DNA from: an uncultured Gammaproteobacteria bacterium
GTDB taxonomy: Bacteria; Patescibacteriota; Microgenomatia; JAMCZE01
DNA length: 64,000 bases
Direction: 5' to 3'
Assembly (NCBI GenBank): GCA_964641255.1
Contig: CAZXMM010000001.1
Span: forward strand, 79,757-143,756
A program made the position numbers and the translations under genes. A model generated the notes under the pieces. It was not told where the DNA came from. It did not search any database and worked only from the letters and a program-made list of their open reading frames with translations. Positions 1-9,342 of the stretch are shown one piece after another; the first letter of the stretch is position 1, and each line of letters starts with the position of its first letter.

Positions 1-951
1 GCCGTCGTTGCCTTAGGCTGGCACCTCTTAACGATTTTTGGCAACTTTCTGGGTTCCTTTGCCGACGTGTTGCTAGTTTTGGTGTTGTCTTGGATCCTCG
101 CTTTTATCCTGGAGCCACTAGTCACTAGGTTGAGTAAACAAAAAATTTCCCCAGTGGTAGCCGCCCTTACGGTCTACTCATTTTTGGCTGTTGGGGGGGT
201 TGTTTTAGTCTGGATCATTTTGCCCACAACCATTGTCCAGCTATCACAACTATCCGAGACACTGCCTAGTTTGATTCCCCAAAACTCGGTTTGGTCAAAT
301 CAACTAGAGACTTTTCTAACCAGCTCCTTAGCCAATTCTGTCCTGGTTGTATCCCAGGTGGCTTCAACTCTGACTTCGCTAATTCTGATTTTTATACTTT
401 CCTTTTATTTCTTAATTACCAAAAACGAGATCGCCAGTTTAATTTTAAAAATTATTCCCGATCAGTACGAAGAGGACTATCTTTTTTTGCAAAATGTCGT
501 CAGTGCTACTTTTGCTTCCTTTATCAGGATTCAGGTTTTTTTGGGATTGACCTTGGGGGTGGTTACTTACATAGTACTACTGCTCCTGGGAGTGGAATTC
601 GCTCTTTCCACTAGTCTTTTTGCTGGACTTCTTGCGATGGTACCCGTCGTTGGTCCGATTCTCTTTTTAGTACCCGCCATCATTGCCGCTCTTACTAAGT
701 CGCCGCAAACAGTTATCATTGTGGCCATAGTTTTAACTTTGGCCGCCCAGCTAGTCTATAACGTCTGGGCTCCCCGACTGATGGGCAAGGCTCTTAATAT
801 TCATCCCATTGTGGTTTTGATTTCTTTTATTGTGGGCTATAAGATAGGAGGGGTTTGGGGGGCCATTTTTGCTGTTCCCGTAATCGCCTCCCTCTCAATA
901 ATTGCCAAAGATTTACTACGTTATTGGTACGAGGAGGCAGATAAGAAGTGA
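1..951 (+). CDS. AI-2E family transporter (PerM/UPF0118-like), 5' partial; the reading frame is open to the window start
   Basis: Multi-TM hydrophobic protein with the AI-2E-like C-terminal half (GPILFLVPAIIAAL...VWAPRLMGKALNIHPIVVLIS). Frame 1 has no stop from nt 1, so the gene begins upstream of the window. Stop is TGA at 949-951. Confidence 0.65.
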   Translation, partial: AVVALGWHLLTIFGNFLGSFADVLLVLVLSWILAFILEPLVTRLSKQKISPVVAALTVYSFLAVGGVVLVWIILPTTIVQLSQLSETLPSLIPQNSVWSNQLETFLTSSLANSVLVVSQVASTLTSLILIFILSFYFLITKNEIASLILKIIPDQYEEDYLFLQNVVSATFASFIRIQVFLGLTLGVVTYIVLLLLGVEFALSTSLFAGLLAMVPVVGPILFLVPAIIAALTKSPQTVIIVAIVLTLAAQLVYNVWAPRLMGKALNIHPIVVLISFIVGYKIGGVWGAIFAVPVIASLSIIAKDLLRYWYEEADKK

Positions 952-952
952 C

Positions 953-1315
953 ATGAACATTCCCCCTAAATTCTCTACTATTTGCAAAGTGGCGGGCTTA
1001 AGCAGTGAAGAAATTGACAAGCAGTGGTTGGCGACTTGGCAAGATGGCCTTTTCTCGCTTTTTAAGTGGTTGGTTAACCAGGAAAGCTTAAATGATAATC
1101 AATTAGATAGGCTAACCGAACAAATGCAACAAGCTGTCCAATTAAACGAATGCCCCAACTATCTAGCGCTATTTAAATCTATTCTGACACCCCAGCAGTT
1201 TCAAGAAACGGCAGAGCAGTTAGATGTATGTATGTTTGAAGCAATTACCCAGCGGATAAATCTCATTAAAAAGGGTGTCGATTTTTCTACCCTCCAAGTT
1301 ATAAACAGCCTATGA
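953..1315 (+). CDS. hypothetical protein (about 120 aa), first of a translationally coupled pair
   Basis: ORF 902..1315. Preferred start is ATG 953 (MNIPPKF), just after the upstream stop, with GAGGAGG 16-22 nt upstream. Its stop overlaps the next start (ATGA at 1312). No recognisable motif. Confidence 0.45.
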   Translation: MNIPPKFSTICKVAGLSSEEIDKQWLATWQDGLFSLFKWLVNQESLNDNQLDRLTEQMQQAVQLNECPNYLALFKSILTPQQFQETAEQLDVCMFEAITQRINLIKKGVDFSTLQVINSL

Positions 1316-2079
1316 GTGGATTCAATGCAACGGAAGAAGCGATAAAAACTACACTTAGTCACGCTACCGACCTAAGTCGGGCAGCTGCTCTTGGACAGGG
1401 AGGAGATGAACGAAAAAACGTTGACCTCTTAGAAAAAGGGACTCGCGATCGCAAAGTTGAACGACTATTGGGTTTTTTCCACGATACTTTGGGATTATTT
1501 GGTAGCACAAATGAGGCCACGGTTAGAACAGAAATGGCAATGATAGCAAGGCGATCCCCAAAAATAATGAAGCAGCTATCTCAAAGGCCACCTGGGGAGA
1601 TTAAAAGATTCATGGACATATATGACCCCCAGAGCAAAAATGCCGCTATATGGGATACGCAGTCAAAAACCTGGGGGCAGATTCCTTTAAGAGACAGTTG
1701 CCAATTGGACCAGAGGATACGACTGGAATTAGCTCACCTTCGGCAAGCAAATTTTCCATCGGTTAAAGGAAGTCCTGATTCAATTGTCCTAGCAAACCAG
1801 CCCGTTAATTTAACAGGCGTACGGGCAGCATTTATGGGATATAAAATACCCGGCAGTGATACAATTTACTACCGACCAAATTGGGATCTAATCCCAAACG
1901 GCAACCCACCCAAATGGGAATGGCAAGTGACTATTTTTGTACCCGATGTAAATTATAATACCCAGAGTAAAATGAGAGTGTTTGTGCTTAACGAGAAACA
2001 GGCTAAAGACCTTTGGAATGCCGCTAATCCACCTGGCGCCAAAACATTACTGCGCAACGCATTTCCTAATAAACCATAG
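1312..2079 (+). CDS. hypothetical protein (255 aa), coupled to the upstream small ORF
   Basis: Clean 255-aa ORF with a 4-nt overlap to the previous ORF. No recognisable domain. Followed by a 350-nt non-coding spacer. Confidence 0.5.
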   Translation: MSGFNATEEAIKTTLSHATDLSRAAALGQGGDERKNVDLLEKGTRDRKVERLLGFFHDTLGLFGSTNEATVRTEMAMIARRSPKIMKQLSQRPPGEIKRFMDIYDPQSKNAAIWDTQSKTWGQIPLRDSCQLDQRIRLELAHLRQANFPSVKGSPDSIVLANQPVNLTGVRAAFMGYKIPGSDTIYYRPNWDLIPNGNPPKWEWQVTIFVPDVNYNTQSKMRVFVLNEKQAKDLWNAANPPGAKTLLRNAFPNKP

Positions 2080-2433
2080 GCAACCAAGTGTAGTATTACT
2101 ACTTCCTAGCTAAGGTGCCAGGGTGCCCTTCTAGCCTTTTGACTTAGAGCGGAAAAGGGCAGCTATACGAGAGAAGTGGGCTCCCCCCCCGGGCTTTCGC
2201 GTTTACACCCTCTTGGTTCTGAGTTAGATCTCTAATTTCCCTTCCCAAAGGCTTCATGCCTTAATTATAACTTAATTCAATAAATTTTCTCTGATCCTTC
2301 ATTATCTCAACTCCGCTTAGTAAATAATTGAGAGGATCATTGCTAGCTTAGAAGACCTATTACTGAATATAGGGAAGACCTTAGTGTTAAGTACGATCTG
2401 AGCTAGCCCTTATTAAAACTCGGTCACGACTAC

Positions 2434-3576
2434 CTAACTTACAGTCTTTATACCGTCTCGCTGGCTAATAAAACTGTTGTTACTTTGAATGCTAGACTCT
2501 ATCTGTCTTGATATAGTGCCCACCGTTGTCCCCAGCTTAGTCCTGATATCCTCGAACAGAGCTGTATATTTTTTCACCTCATCACTAGCTTCTAGATCTG
2601 AACAATAACCATGTAGCAGTAGTTCCAAACCAACCCCTTTAGTGATTACTAAATCGATTAAGGCGGCAACCTCCAATGGGTAGATATTAAGCTGGGATAA
2701 TTCGTCGACATATCCAGCCATGCTGTCTGCAGACACAGGACGCTTGTCAAGCAGACAAAGAGTTATAAATTCTGTTATTCCCTCATTAAGCCATCTAAGA
2801 GTGCTCAGCGATTCTCTTTTTTTCTTAATGACTCCTCCATACTCAACATAGGTTCTTCCGGCTAATAGCGCGTGTACCAATTCATGAAAAAGAGCATGTT
2901 GTTGAAACTCGGGAAAGGCTGCAATAATTATGTAGGGCATTCGAGCAAATTTACCCGACTCACCCTTCGACATCGCTGTTGTTTTGACATCAACCCATTT
3001 ACCTACTTCATAGTCAAAATCCAGCGGATCCACAAAACTAATATCTCCTATGTATTGAAGGCGCTCAGAAAGGAGACTGACAATCTCTTGCTGGCTTAAG
3101 TTAGGAAACAAGGCTGAACAAACACCAGGCGCGCTTTCAAAAAACTGGTCAATATATTTTTGTTTATTTTCTTTAAATTGTATTTCTGCACTCTTAACTC
3201 TCTCCCAGTGGGCTGGTAAAAGTTTTTTTATAGTGGCGTGGTCAATTAATTCCAACCTTTCAGCAAATTCCTCAACAGACCGGCTTGTTTTTAAGTTGGC
3301 TAAAAGCAGACTTTCCGCATCAGATAGATTAGTGGTGGCATCTCCACTTAGAAACGCCTCTGCCCAATGCCGTTTCCAGCCTATTGCCCAATTTTTTTTT
3401 AATTTATCGTCTATATTCTTTCTCTCGTCCTTTAGTGTCTGTTCAAACGATTCATCATCTGGCGTACCATAAAACAACATGCCAAGTCTCTGCCTAAAAT
3501 CGGGAATCAATGTAACCTGTTCCACTGGAGAATAAACCTCTCGGGCAAATTCAGCTCGCGGTACTAATTTTGGCAT
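2434..3576 (-). CDS. zinc metallopeptidase-like protein, MA clan / gluzincin-type motif (HExxH ... WLNEGxxE)
   Basis: HELVH followed 26 residues later by WLNEGITEF. This closely mirrors the M1-family HExxHxW...WLNEGFA gluzincin signature. No signal peptide is evident. Confidence 0.5.
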   Translation of the reverse strand: MPKLVPRAEFAREVYSPVEQVTLIPDFRQRLGMLFYGTPDDESFEQTLKDERKNIDDKLKKNWAIGWKRHWAEAFLSGDATTNLSDAESLLLANLKTSRSVEEFAERLELIDHATIKKLLPAHWERVKSAEIQFKENKQKYIDQFFESAPGVCSALFPNLSQQEIVSLLSERLQYIGDISFVDPLDFDYEVGKWVDVKTTAMSKGESGKFARMPYIIIAAFPEFQQHALFHELVHALLAGRTYVEYGGVIKKKRESLSTLRWLNEGITEFITLCLLDKRPVSADSMAGYVDELSQLNIYPLEVAALIDLVITKGVGLELLLHGYCSDLEASDEVKKYTALFEDIRTKLGTTVGTISRQIESSIQSNNSFISQRDGIKTVS

Positions 3577-3591
3577 GTAAGTAGTATCTCG

Positions 3592-4881
3592 TTATTGTGT
3601 CCCAATTCCATAATTGGGTAGCACCTGATCAAGGCCCGATTTAACGGTTTCGAGGGCTGCCTGGTAACCCCCACCCCGCTTGGTAGCGTTAATGGCATCC
3701 AGATAGTACTGACTCACTCGAGAGTTAATTCCGGTATCACCATCGTTCGTAAAAGAAGCTAAGTACCAGCTCTGGGCAGCGGGAGCGGCGCTAATTACCA
3801 CCCCAGCTCTGGGGTCGTCAGCTAGCAGTGAAGCCATATCTACCCTTGAGTACGGTTCCCCAAATCCCCGGATCGTGGTTTGAGCAGCATATAGCTTAGT
3901 AAGAACGTCCTTACTAGAGAGATATTTCAAAAAATCGAAGGCCGCTTTGGGGTGCTTACTTTTAGCCGAGACCCCCTCAGCCCAGTAAGTAGCAAAATTA
4001 ACAGGATCGCTGCCGGGCAGCTGAGGCACAGGAATCAGCTTAACTTTTAACTCGGGGTTTAGCGCCATAATGTCAAAGTAGCGCCAAGACGGTCCGAAAT
4101 ACATCGCTAGCTTGCCCTGGGAAAAAGCCAAAGTAGAGGGATCCATAGTCTCATCCCACACCCGGTCTACACTCATAAAAGTGGTGTAATACTCAAGCGC
4201 CTTCTGGGCGGCGTCACTACTGGGGTCCCGGTTTAAATCCACTCCCGCCTGAAGCATCATAAGGGCAAGAATGTCCTGCCAATGGTCAATATTGACGGCC
4301 GTACCCAAAGCAGCACCAGCCGTTTGGATCTTCCCCCCCTCACTAACGGTCAACTTTTTGGCCGTTTCTCGAAATTCGTCCCAGGTCGTCGGGTATGTGG
4401 CGTTACCCCGGGTAAAAATGTCTTCGTTAACAAACAACGTCAGGGTTTCAATTTCTAAGGGGATAGCCATTGGTCTATTTCCTAGAAACAGGTCGTTTCT
4501 AGCGGTGGGGTAAAAAGTGGACTGAAAACTACTTGGAGAATAGATATCCGTGGGCACTGGAGTGAGTAGGCTTCGCATCATGGGTACCCAGGTATTGTGA
4601 ATCCGAACAATATCCGGTCCATCTTCGCGGGTAAGCGCGTTATTTAGTCGGTCACGGTAATTAATTGGCGACTGTTTACTATATTTAATCGTCACCCCAG
4701 GATGAGTCCGCTCATAATCGGCTACCACTGTTGCAAACACCGAATCTGGCTCCCAAAGTCCCCAATAAGTCAGGCTGGCGGTCTCGGGTTTGCGGATAAA
4801 AAAAGTCAAGGCAATGACCCCACCGATAAGAATCAGAAGGAAAAGCGCTCCAACAACAATATAAAGGAACTTGCTGTTCAT
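3592..4881 (-). CDS. ABC transporter extracellular solute-binding protein (family 1, sugar-type), N-terminal membrane anchor
   Basis: N-terminal TM helix, then LTYWGLWEP...VVADYERTHPGVTIKY. Overall pattern and length are typical of carbohydrate SBPs. No permease or ATPase genes are adjacent, so it is an orphan. Confidence 0.65.
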   Translation of the reverse strand: MNSKFLYIVVGALFLLILIGGVIALTFFIRKPETASLTYWGLWEPDSVFATVVADYERTHPGVTIKYSKQSPINYRDRLNNALTREDGPDIVRIHNTWVPMMRSLLTPVPTDIYSPSSFQSTFYPTARNDLFLGNRPMAIPLEIETLTLFVNEDIFTRGNATYPTTWDEFRETAKKLTVSEGGKIQTAGAALGTAVNIDHWQDILALMMLQAGVDLNRDPSSDAAQKALEYYTTFMSVDRVWDETMDPSTLAFSQGKLAMYFGPSWRYFDIMALNPELKVKLIPVPQLPGSDPVNFATYWAEGVSAKSKHPKAAFDFLKYLSSKDVLTKLYAAQTTIRGFGEPYSRVDMASLLADDPRAGVVISAAPAAQSWYLASFTNDGDTGINSRVSQYYLDAINATKRGGGYQAALETVKSGLDQVLPNYGIGTQ

Positions 4882-4914
4882 AGGTCTAGCCCTTACAATT
4901 AAGCTACCAGATTA

Positions 4915-6348
4915 GTGATAGTGATGCAACGAGCACGACATTTTATCCACTTTCTTTTTTTCTTTTCCCTGGGCTTTAGTGCCACGGGGTTAGTTTTAGT
5001 AACCGCAGTTTACCTGGCTTTTTCTCTGCACTTTCAGGATCGCGTTTACCCTGGAGTCACCATCGCCGAAACAGAGGTGGGAGAAATGACCCCCAGTGAG
5101 ATCGAGTATTATTTTTCAAAAAAACAATTTACCAATCTTATTATTACTCTTGACTCCAGTGTCGGATCGGTTTCGGCTAAAGCGTCGGATCTGGAAATAA
5201 AACTAGATAGTCAGTTGATGGCCACCCGAGCCATGTCAGTGGGTCGGCAAACCAAAAATCCCTACTACAACTTCTTACAAATCCTCTCTGCCTGGCAGGG
5301 CGAGATCGATCTACCTCTAGAAATTAATTACAGTGAGGAGGCAATTGTGAAGTTACTTGCCCCCTTGGCTGGGAAAATTGAAATTGCCCCCAAAGACGCC
5401 GTCTACGCTTTTACTCCTGGCGCCGGGCCAGATAAACGGGGCCGAGTCGTTGCCTTTGAAAAATCCAACAACGGGCAAGCTATTGATTATGAGCGGCTCA
5501 CTAAGACGATAACTACTGAGGCCCGCGGCTACTATTTTTCTTCTGACCCAGAAGTAGAGCATCTCACCTTACTAGTTCCTACTAAGATTGTAACCCCAAT
5601 GGTTACTTCGACTGTCGCTAACGAGTTAGGTATTAATGACTTACTCGGCACCGGGGAATCTTTTTTTTACGATTCGATCCCAGGGCGGGTTTACAATATT
5701 GGCTTGGGTACCGAGAAAGTTAACGGCCGGCTAATTGCGCCCGGAGAAATATTCTCTTTTGCCGAAGCTATCGGTACTGTCTCGGCTGTTTTTGGCTTTC
5801 AAAAGGCCTACGCAATTGTCCAGGGTAAAACCGCCCTAGACGACGGCGGGGGCGTTTGTCAGGTCTCAACCACTCTTTATCGAGCAGTGCTTAACGCTGG
5901 ACTACCAGTGACCGAACGGGTAGGTCACTCCTATCGTGTTGGTTTTTATGAACAGGGTGGGTTTAAACCGGGAATGGATGCTACGGTTTATCCACCCAAA
6001 CCCGATTTCAGGTTTAAAAATGATACCGGGAAAACCATTCTTATTCAGGCTACTTTTGACAAAATTAACTACAAATTAACGTTTGAGCTATTTGGTACTT
6101 CTGATGGTCGACAAGCCACCATTGAGGGTCCGGTTATTGTCTCGACAATTGGGTCGGGTGAGCCAATATACCAGGATGACCCGAGTTTACCCTTGGGACA
6201 GCTAAAACAGGTTGAAACCGCCCATGCTGGAGCCAAAGTTTATTTTAAACGCACCGTTGTTAGGAATAACCGGACACTCATTAATGAAACGGTGTGGACC
6301 GATTATGTTCCCTGGCCCGCTCGCTACCTTCGAGGCACTAAAACATAA
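4915..6348 (+). CDS. VanW family protein (N-terminal TM anchor)
   Basis: C-terminal GGGVCQVSTTLYRAVLNAGLPVTERVGHSYRVGFYEQGGFKPGMDATVY matches the VanW domain signature. GTG 4915 and ATG 4924 are alternative starts. Confidence 0.7.
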   Translation: MIVMQRARHFIHFLFFFSLGFSATGLVLVTAVYLAFSLHFQDRVYPGVTIAETEVGEMTPSEIEYYFSKKQFTNLIITLDSSVGSVSAKASDLEIKLDSQLMATRAMSVGRQTKNPYYNFLQILSAWQGEIDLPLEINYSEEAIVKLLAPLAGKIEIAPKDAVYAFTPGAGPDKRGRVVAFEKSNNGQAIDYERLTKTITTEARGYYFSSDPEVEHLTLLVPTKIVTPMVTSTVANELGINDLLGTGESFFYDSIPGRVYNIGLGTEKVNGRLIAPGEIFSFAEAIGTVSAVFGFQKAYAIVQGKTALDDGGGVCQVSTTLYRAVLNAGLPVTERVGHSYRVGFYEQGGFKPGMDATVYPPKPDFRFKNDTGKTILIQATFDKINYKLTFELFGTSDGRQATIEGPVIVSTIGSGEPIYQDDPSLPLGQLKQVETAHAGAKVYFKRTVVRNNRTLINETVWTDYVPWPARYLRGTKT

Positions 6349-6359
6349 GTCTTAAAGCT

Positions 6360-7430
6360 ATGGTAATTCTCGGTATTGAAACTAGTTGTGATGAAACCGC
6401 TGCCGCAATTGTAAAGAATGGTTCAACAATTCTTTCTGATGTTAAAGCTACTAGTCTCGATGTTCATATTAAATATGGAGGAATCGTTCCTGATAAAGCT
6501 GCCAGAGAACAGCTCCAAGCAATTCTCCCCATTACTCAAGAAGCGGTTGCCACTCTCCCTGGTGGGTTAAAAGCCATCGACGCCATCGCTGTAACTTATG
6601 GTCCCGGTCTCATTGGTAGTTTACTCATTGGGGTGGAAACAGCTAAAACCCTCGCCTTAAGTCTAAATAAACCAATTATACCTGTTAATCATTTGGTCGG
6701 GCATATCTATGCCAACTGGCTAACCAAAAATACTAATAGTCAAACTTACACTTTTCCAACTACTCCTCCAGCTTTCCCCGCCTTAATACTCATTGTCAGC
6801 GGCGGACACTCTGAATTTGTTTTAATGAAAAATCACGGAAATTACCAGCTGTTAGGGTCGACAAGAGACGATGCTGCCGGGGAATGTTTTGACAAGTGTG
6901 GCAGACTACTTGGGCTACCTTATCCTTTTGGAATTTACGTCAGTCAGTTAGCGGCCCAGTGGAAAGAAGGAAATTCCTTTACTCCTAAGTTCCCACGACC
7001 TATGATCTATCAACACAATTTTGAAATGTCTTTTAGTGGACTAAAAACTGCGGTCCTTAACTATATGAAAACCAACAAGTCTCTGGCAACCACCGACAAC
7101 AAAATGGCACTCTTAAAAACCGCGGTCGCTCACGAAGTAGAAGAAGCCATCACTGATGTTTTAGTAAAGAAGTTTCTCCTGGCGGCAAAAGCAAACAGTG
7201 TTCAGTCCCTAGTTTTATGTGGCGGGGTAGCTGCTAATTTAAACCTTCGAGAAAAGTTAGCTAAAGCCCTTAAAAACTCTCCTTCGTCTGTTCCCCTAGT
7301 CATCCCCGATACCAAACTCTGCACCGATAATGCTGTTGCTATTGCTGCTGCCGCTTACTTTAACTATCATCCTACTCCCTGGCAAGAAGTAACCGCTGAC
7401 CCAGGAATACGTTTTGATGCAAACAATTAG
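6360..7430 (+). CDS. tsaD: tRNA N6-adenosine threonylcarbamoyltransferase TsaD (Kae1/Gcp family)
   Basis: MVILGIETSCDETAAAIV N-terminus, the GPGLIGSLLIG glycoprotease motif and the HxxGH region (NHLVGHIY). Confidence 0.9.
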   Translation: MVILGIETSCDETAAAIVKNGSTILSDVKATSLDVHIKYGGIVPDKAAREQLQAILPITQEAVATLPGGLKAIDAIAVTYGPGLIGSLLIGVETAKTLALSLNKPIIPVNHLVGHIYANWLTKNTNSQTYTFPTTPPAFPALILIVSGGHSEFVLMKNHGNYQLLGSTRDDAAGECFDKCGRLLGLPYPFGIYVSQLAAQWKEGNSFTPKFPRPMIYQHNFEMSFSGLKTAVLNYMKTNKSLATTDNKMALLKTAVAHEVEEAITDVLVKKFLLAAKANSVQSLVLCGGVAANLNLREKLAKALKNSPSSVPLVIPDTKLCTDNAVAIAAAAYFNYHPTPWQEVTADPGIRFDANN

Positions 7431-8055
7431 GATCGATCTTAACAATCCAGATCAAACGGTCTTGCAAAAAGCGGCCGTAATTATTGCAAACGGAGGAATT
7501 GTGGTGCACCCCACTGATACGGCCTATGGACTGGCCACTAACGCCTTAAGTAGTAAAGCGGCCAAAAAAATCTTTGCTCTTAAAGGTCGGGTGGAAAATA
7601 AGGGGCTAATTGTCGCAGTCAGAGACAAAGTCATGGCCGAAGAATTAGTTACCTTTACACCCTTAGGTTACGCCCTCTTTTCTGCTTTTCTCCCTGGCCC
7701 ACTCACTCTTCTTCTTAGTAAGAAAGCTCTGGTCCCTTCTGGGGTCAGCGGAGGAAGTGACAAGTTAGCTATTCGTATCCCCAATTGTCCCGTTACCCTG
7801 CTGCTCTCCAAGCTCTGTTTGGTTCCCTATACGACTACCTCTGCTAATCCTTCCGGGGGAAGGAACCCTTACAGTCTCGCTGATGTTACTTCTCAATTTT
7901 CAAACGAGCTTCTTAGTAGCTGTGACCTCTTTCTTGACTGTGGAGTGCTTTCCCCCACCCCCCCCGCCACGATCATTGATGCTACTAAAAGCGAACCCAC
8001 CATCATAAGACCCGGGCCAATTACTTTGGAGGAAATTCGTATGGCTCTTCAGTAA
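7417..8055 (+). CDS. tsaC: L-threonylcarbamoyladenylate synthase (YrdC/Sua5 domain, TsaC-type)
   Basis: VVHPTDTAYGLATNALSSKAAKKIFALKGR is the YrdC signature. Overlaps the tsaD stop by about 14 nt (TTG 7414 / ATG 7417). The tsaD-tsaC pairing is functionally coherent. Confidence 0.8.
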   Translation: MQTIRIDLNNPDQTVLQKAAVIIANGGIVVHPTDTAYGLATNALSSKAAKKIFALKGRVENKGLIVAVRDKVMAEELVTFTPLGYALFSAFLPGPLTLLLSKKALVPSGVSGGSDKLAIRIPNCPVTLLLSKLCLVPYTTTSANPSGGRNPYSLADVTSQFSNELLSSCDLFLDCGVLSPTPPATIIDATKSEPTIIRPGPITLEEIRMALQ

Positions 8056-8057
8056 AA

Positions 8058-9269
8058 CTACTTCGTGTAGCGTTTCTTTTTGGAGATCGCGATAGGGGCG
8101 GGATTGCTCGGTTCCAAAATCACAGGGTGACGATAAGCAAGAATCATACCCCCTAGAGCAAACAGTTGGATAAACAATTTGACCGCTGATCCTAACAAAG
8201 GAATTAGCCCAATTAAATAGATAAGCAGAAGTCCTACAAACAGTGCCCACCCCCGCCTCTCACCGAAGCGAGACAACAGAAGTGTTCTGCCAATAAAGAA
8301 CGCTGCTACAAACTTCGCTCCAAGTAGAATAATGTAGCCAAGAAGAAGTAGTACTCCTGAAACTGGTAAGCCGACAATTGTCAGGGCAAACAGTACCGCT
8401 ACTACCGGAAGGGCAATGAGCGTGAGTAGTCCCCAACCAAGAGCTGCATAGGGCTGTTTTTGCATGGCTACCACTGATTTTTCAAAACCCCTAGGGAAAA
8501 GCCCGAGCAAAATAAAGCCAATGAGCAAGGTAACGACAAACCCAAAGAGGTCTACCACTGGCTGCAGCCTCTGATATAAATCAAAGAGGGGCTTTATGCC
8601 AAAGAACCCCGGGTAGTTTTCGTTCTGGCTGGTGTTTTGATAAGCAATGGTTCCTCCCACCGTGGCTCCCGGTTCCATCTCTACCTGCTTCTCCCCGGTA
8701 TATTTAAGGTTGCCCGAAATCGAAGCAAGGGGCCCCAGTAAAAATTGTTTGTCAACCACCACAAAAGCTTCGTTAGCAATTTCCGAGTTGACGTAGAGTC
8801 TACTGCCAAAGAAACGAAAACCCCTGCCTATTCTTGCAGCTGACAATTCCAAATTACCCCCGGCTGTCAAAAAACTACCGCCAATTACGGCCTGTTTAGT
8901 GACAGTACAATTGCCACAAAGCAGGAGCACATTTCTCCCCACGGGCCCATTAATGGTTACATCACCAGCGAGCACTCTTATACTATTAGTGACTTCTCCA
9001 TTCACACTCACTTTCCCTCCCACTACAAACAAATCTCCGTCGATCTTGCCATTAATTGTGACCACCCCACCTGTTAAAAAGGTGTCCCCATGAATTTCCC
9101 CATCAATTTGAATTGACTGAGCGGCTCGTATATAGTCGGATTCAATTACCGCCCCGGCAGGCAAACGTTCGTATTCGTTATTAGCGAGTACCGGCTGGGG
9201 AAGAAGTGCCAAACTTATTAGACTCAGGAGTAGTACCGCCAGAAAAAAGCGAAAGCGCATTAAGATCAT
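8058..9269 (-). CDS. secreted beta-helical repeat protein (bactofilin/DUF4097-like repeats) with a C-terminal polytopic membrane domain
   Basis: Signal peptide MILMRFRFFLAVLLLSLISLALLPQPVLA, then repeated G-x-V-x-I-N-G-x-I-x-G-D segments, then about 4 TM helices. The ORF-track start at 9380 was rejected: internal ATGs at 9267 and 9258 immediately precede the signal peptide. Confidence 0.45.
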   Translation of the reverse strand: MILMRFRFFLAVLLLSLISLALLPQPVLANNEYERLPAGAVIESDYIRAAQSIQIDGEIHGDTFLTGGVVTINGKIDGDLFVVGGKVSVNGEVTNSIRVLAGDVTINGPVGRNVLLLCGNCTVTKQAVIGGSFLTAGGNLELSAARIGRGFRFFGSRLYVNSEIANEAFVVVDKQFLLGPLASISGNLKYTGEKQVEMEPGATVGGTIAYQNTSQNENYPGFFGIKPLFDLYQRLQPVVDLFGFVVTLLIGFILLGLFPRGFEKSVVAMQKQPYAALGWGLLTLIALPVVAVLFALTIVGLPVSGVLLLLGYIILLGAKFVAAFFIGRTLLLSRFGERRGWALFVGLLLIYLIGLIPLLGSAVKLFIQLFALGGMILAYRHPVILEPSNPAPIAISKKKRYTK

Positions 9270-9342
9270 ATGGCTTTGGAGATTAACTAAGAGGATAGTA
9301 GTTGAGCTCGTTTTCTTTGTCAAGGTAGTATAAAATAGAGCT
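9270..9342. promoter_or_regulatory. divergent promoter region between the beta-helix protein gene and valS
   Basis: 73-nt AT-rich spacer. It contains TTGAGC (9302-9307), an 18-nt spacer, then TAGTAT (9326-9331), about 11 nt before the valS ATG, giving a short-leader arrangement. Hexamers are weak matches only. Confidence 0.25.

Noticed and set aside
291-614. 107-aa ORF in an alternative plus frame inside the AI-2E transporter gene
   Set aside because: It is entirely embedded in a longer, well-supported membrane-protein frame. Its Cys/Arg-rich composition is typical of an out-of-frame shadow ORF.
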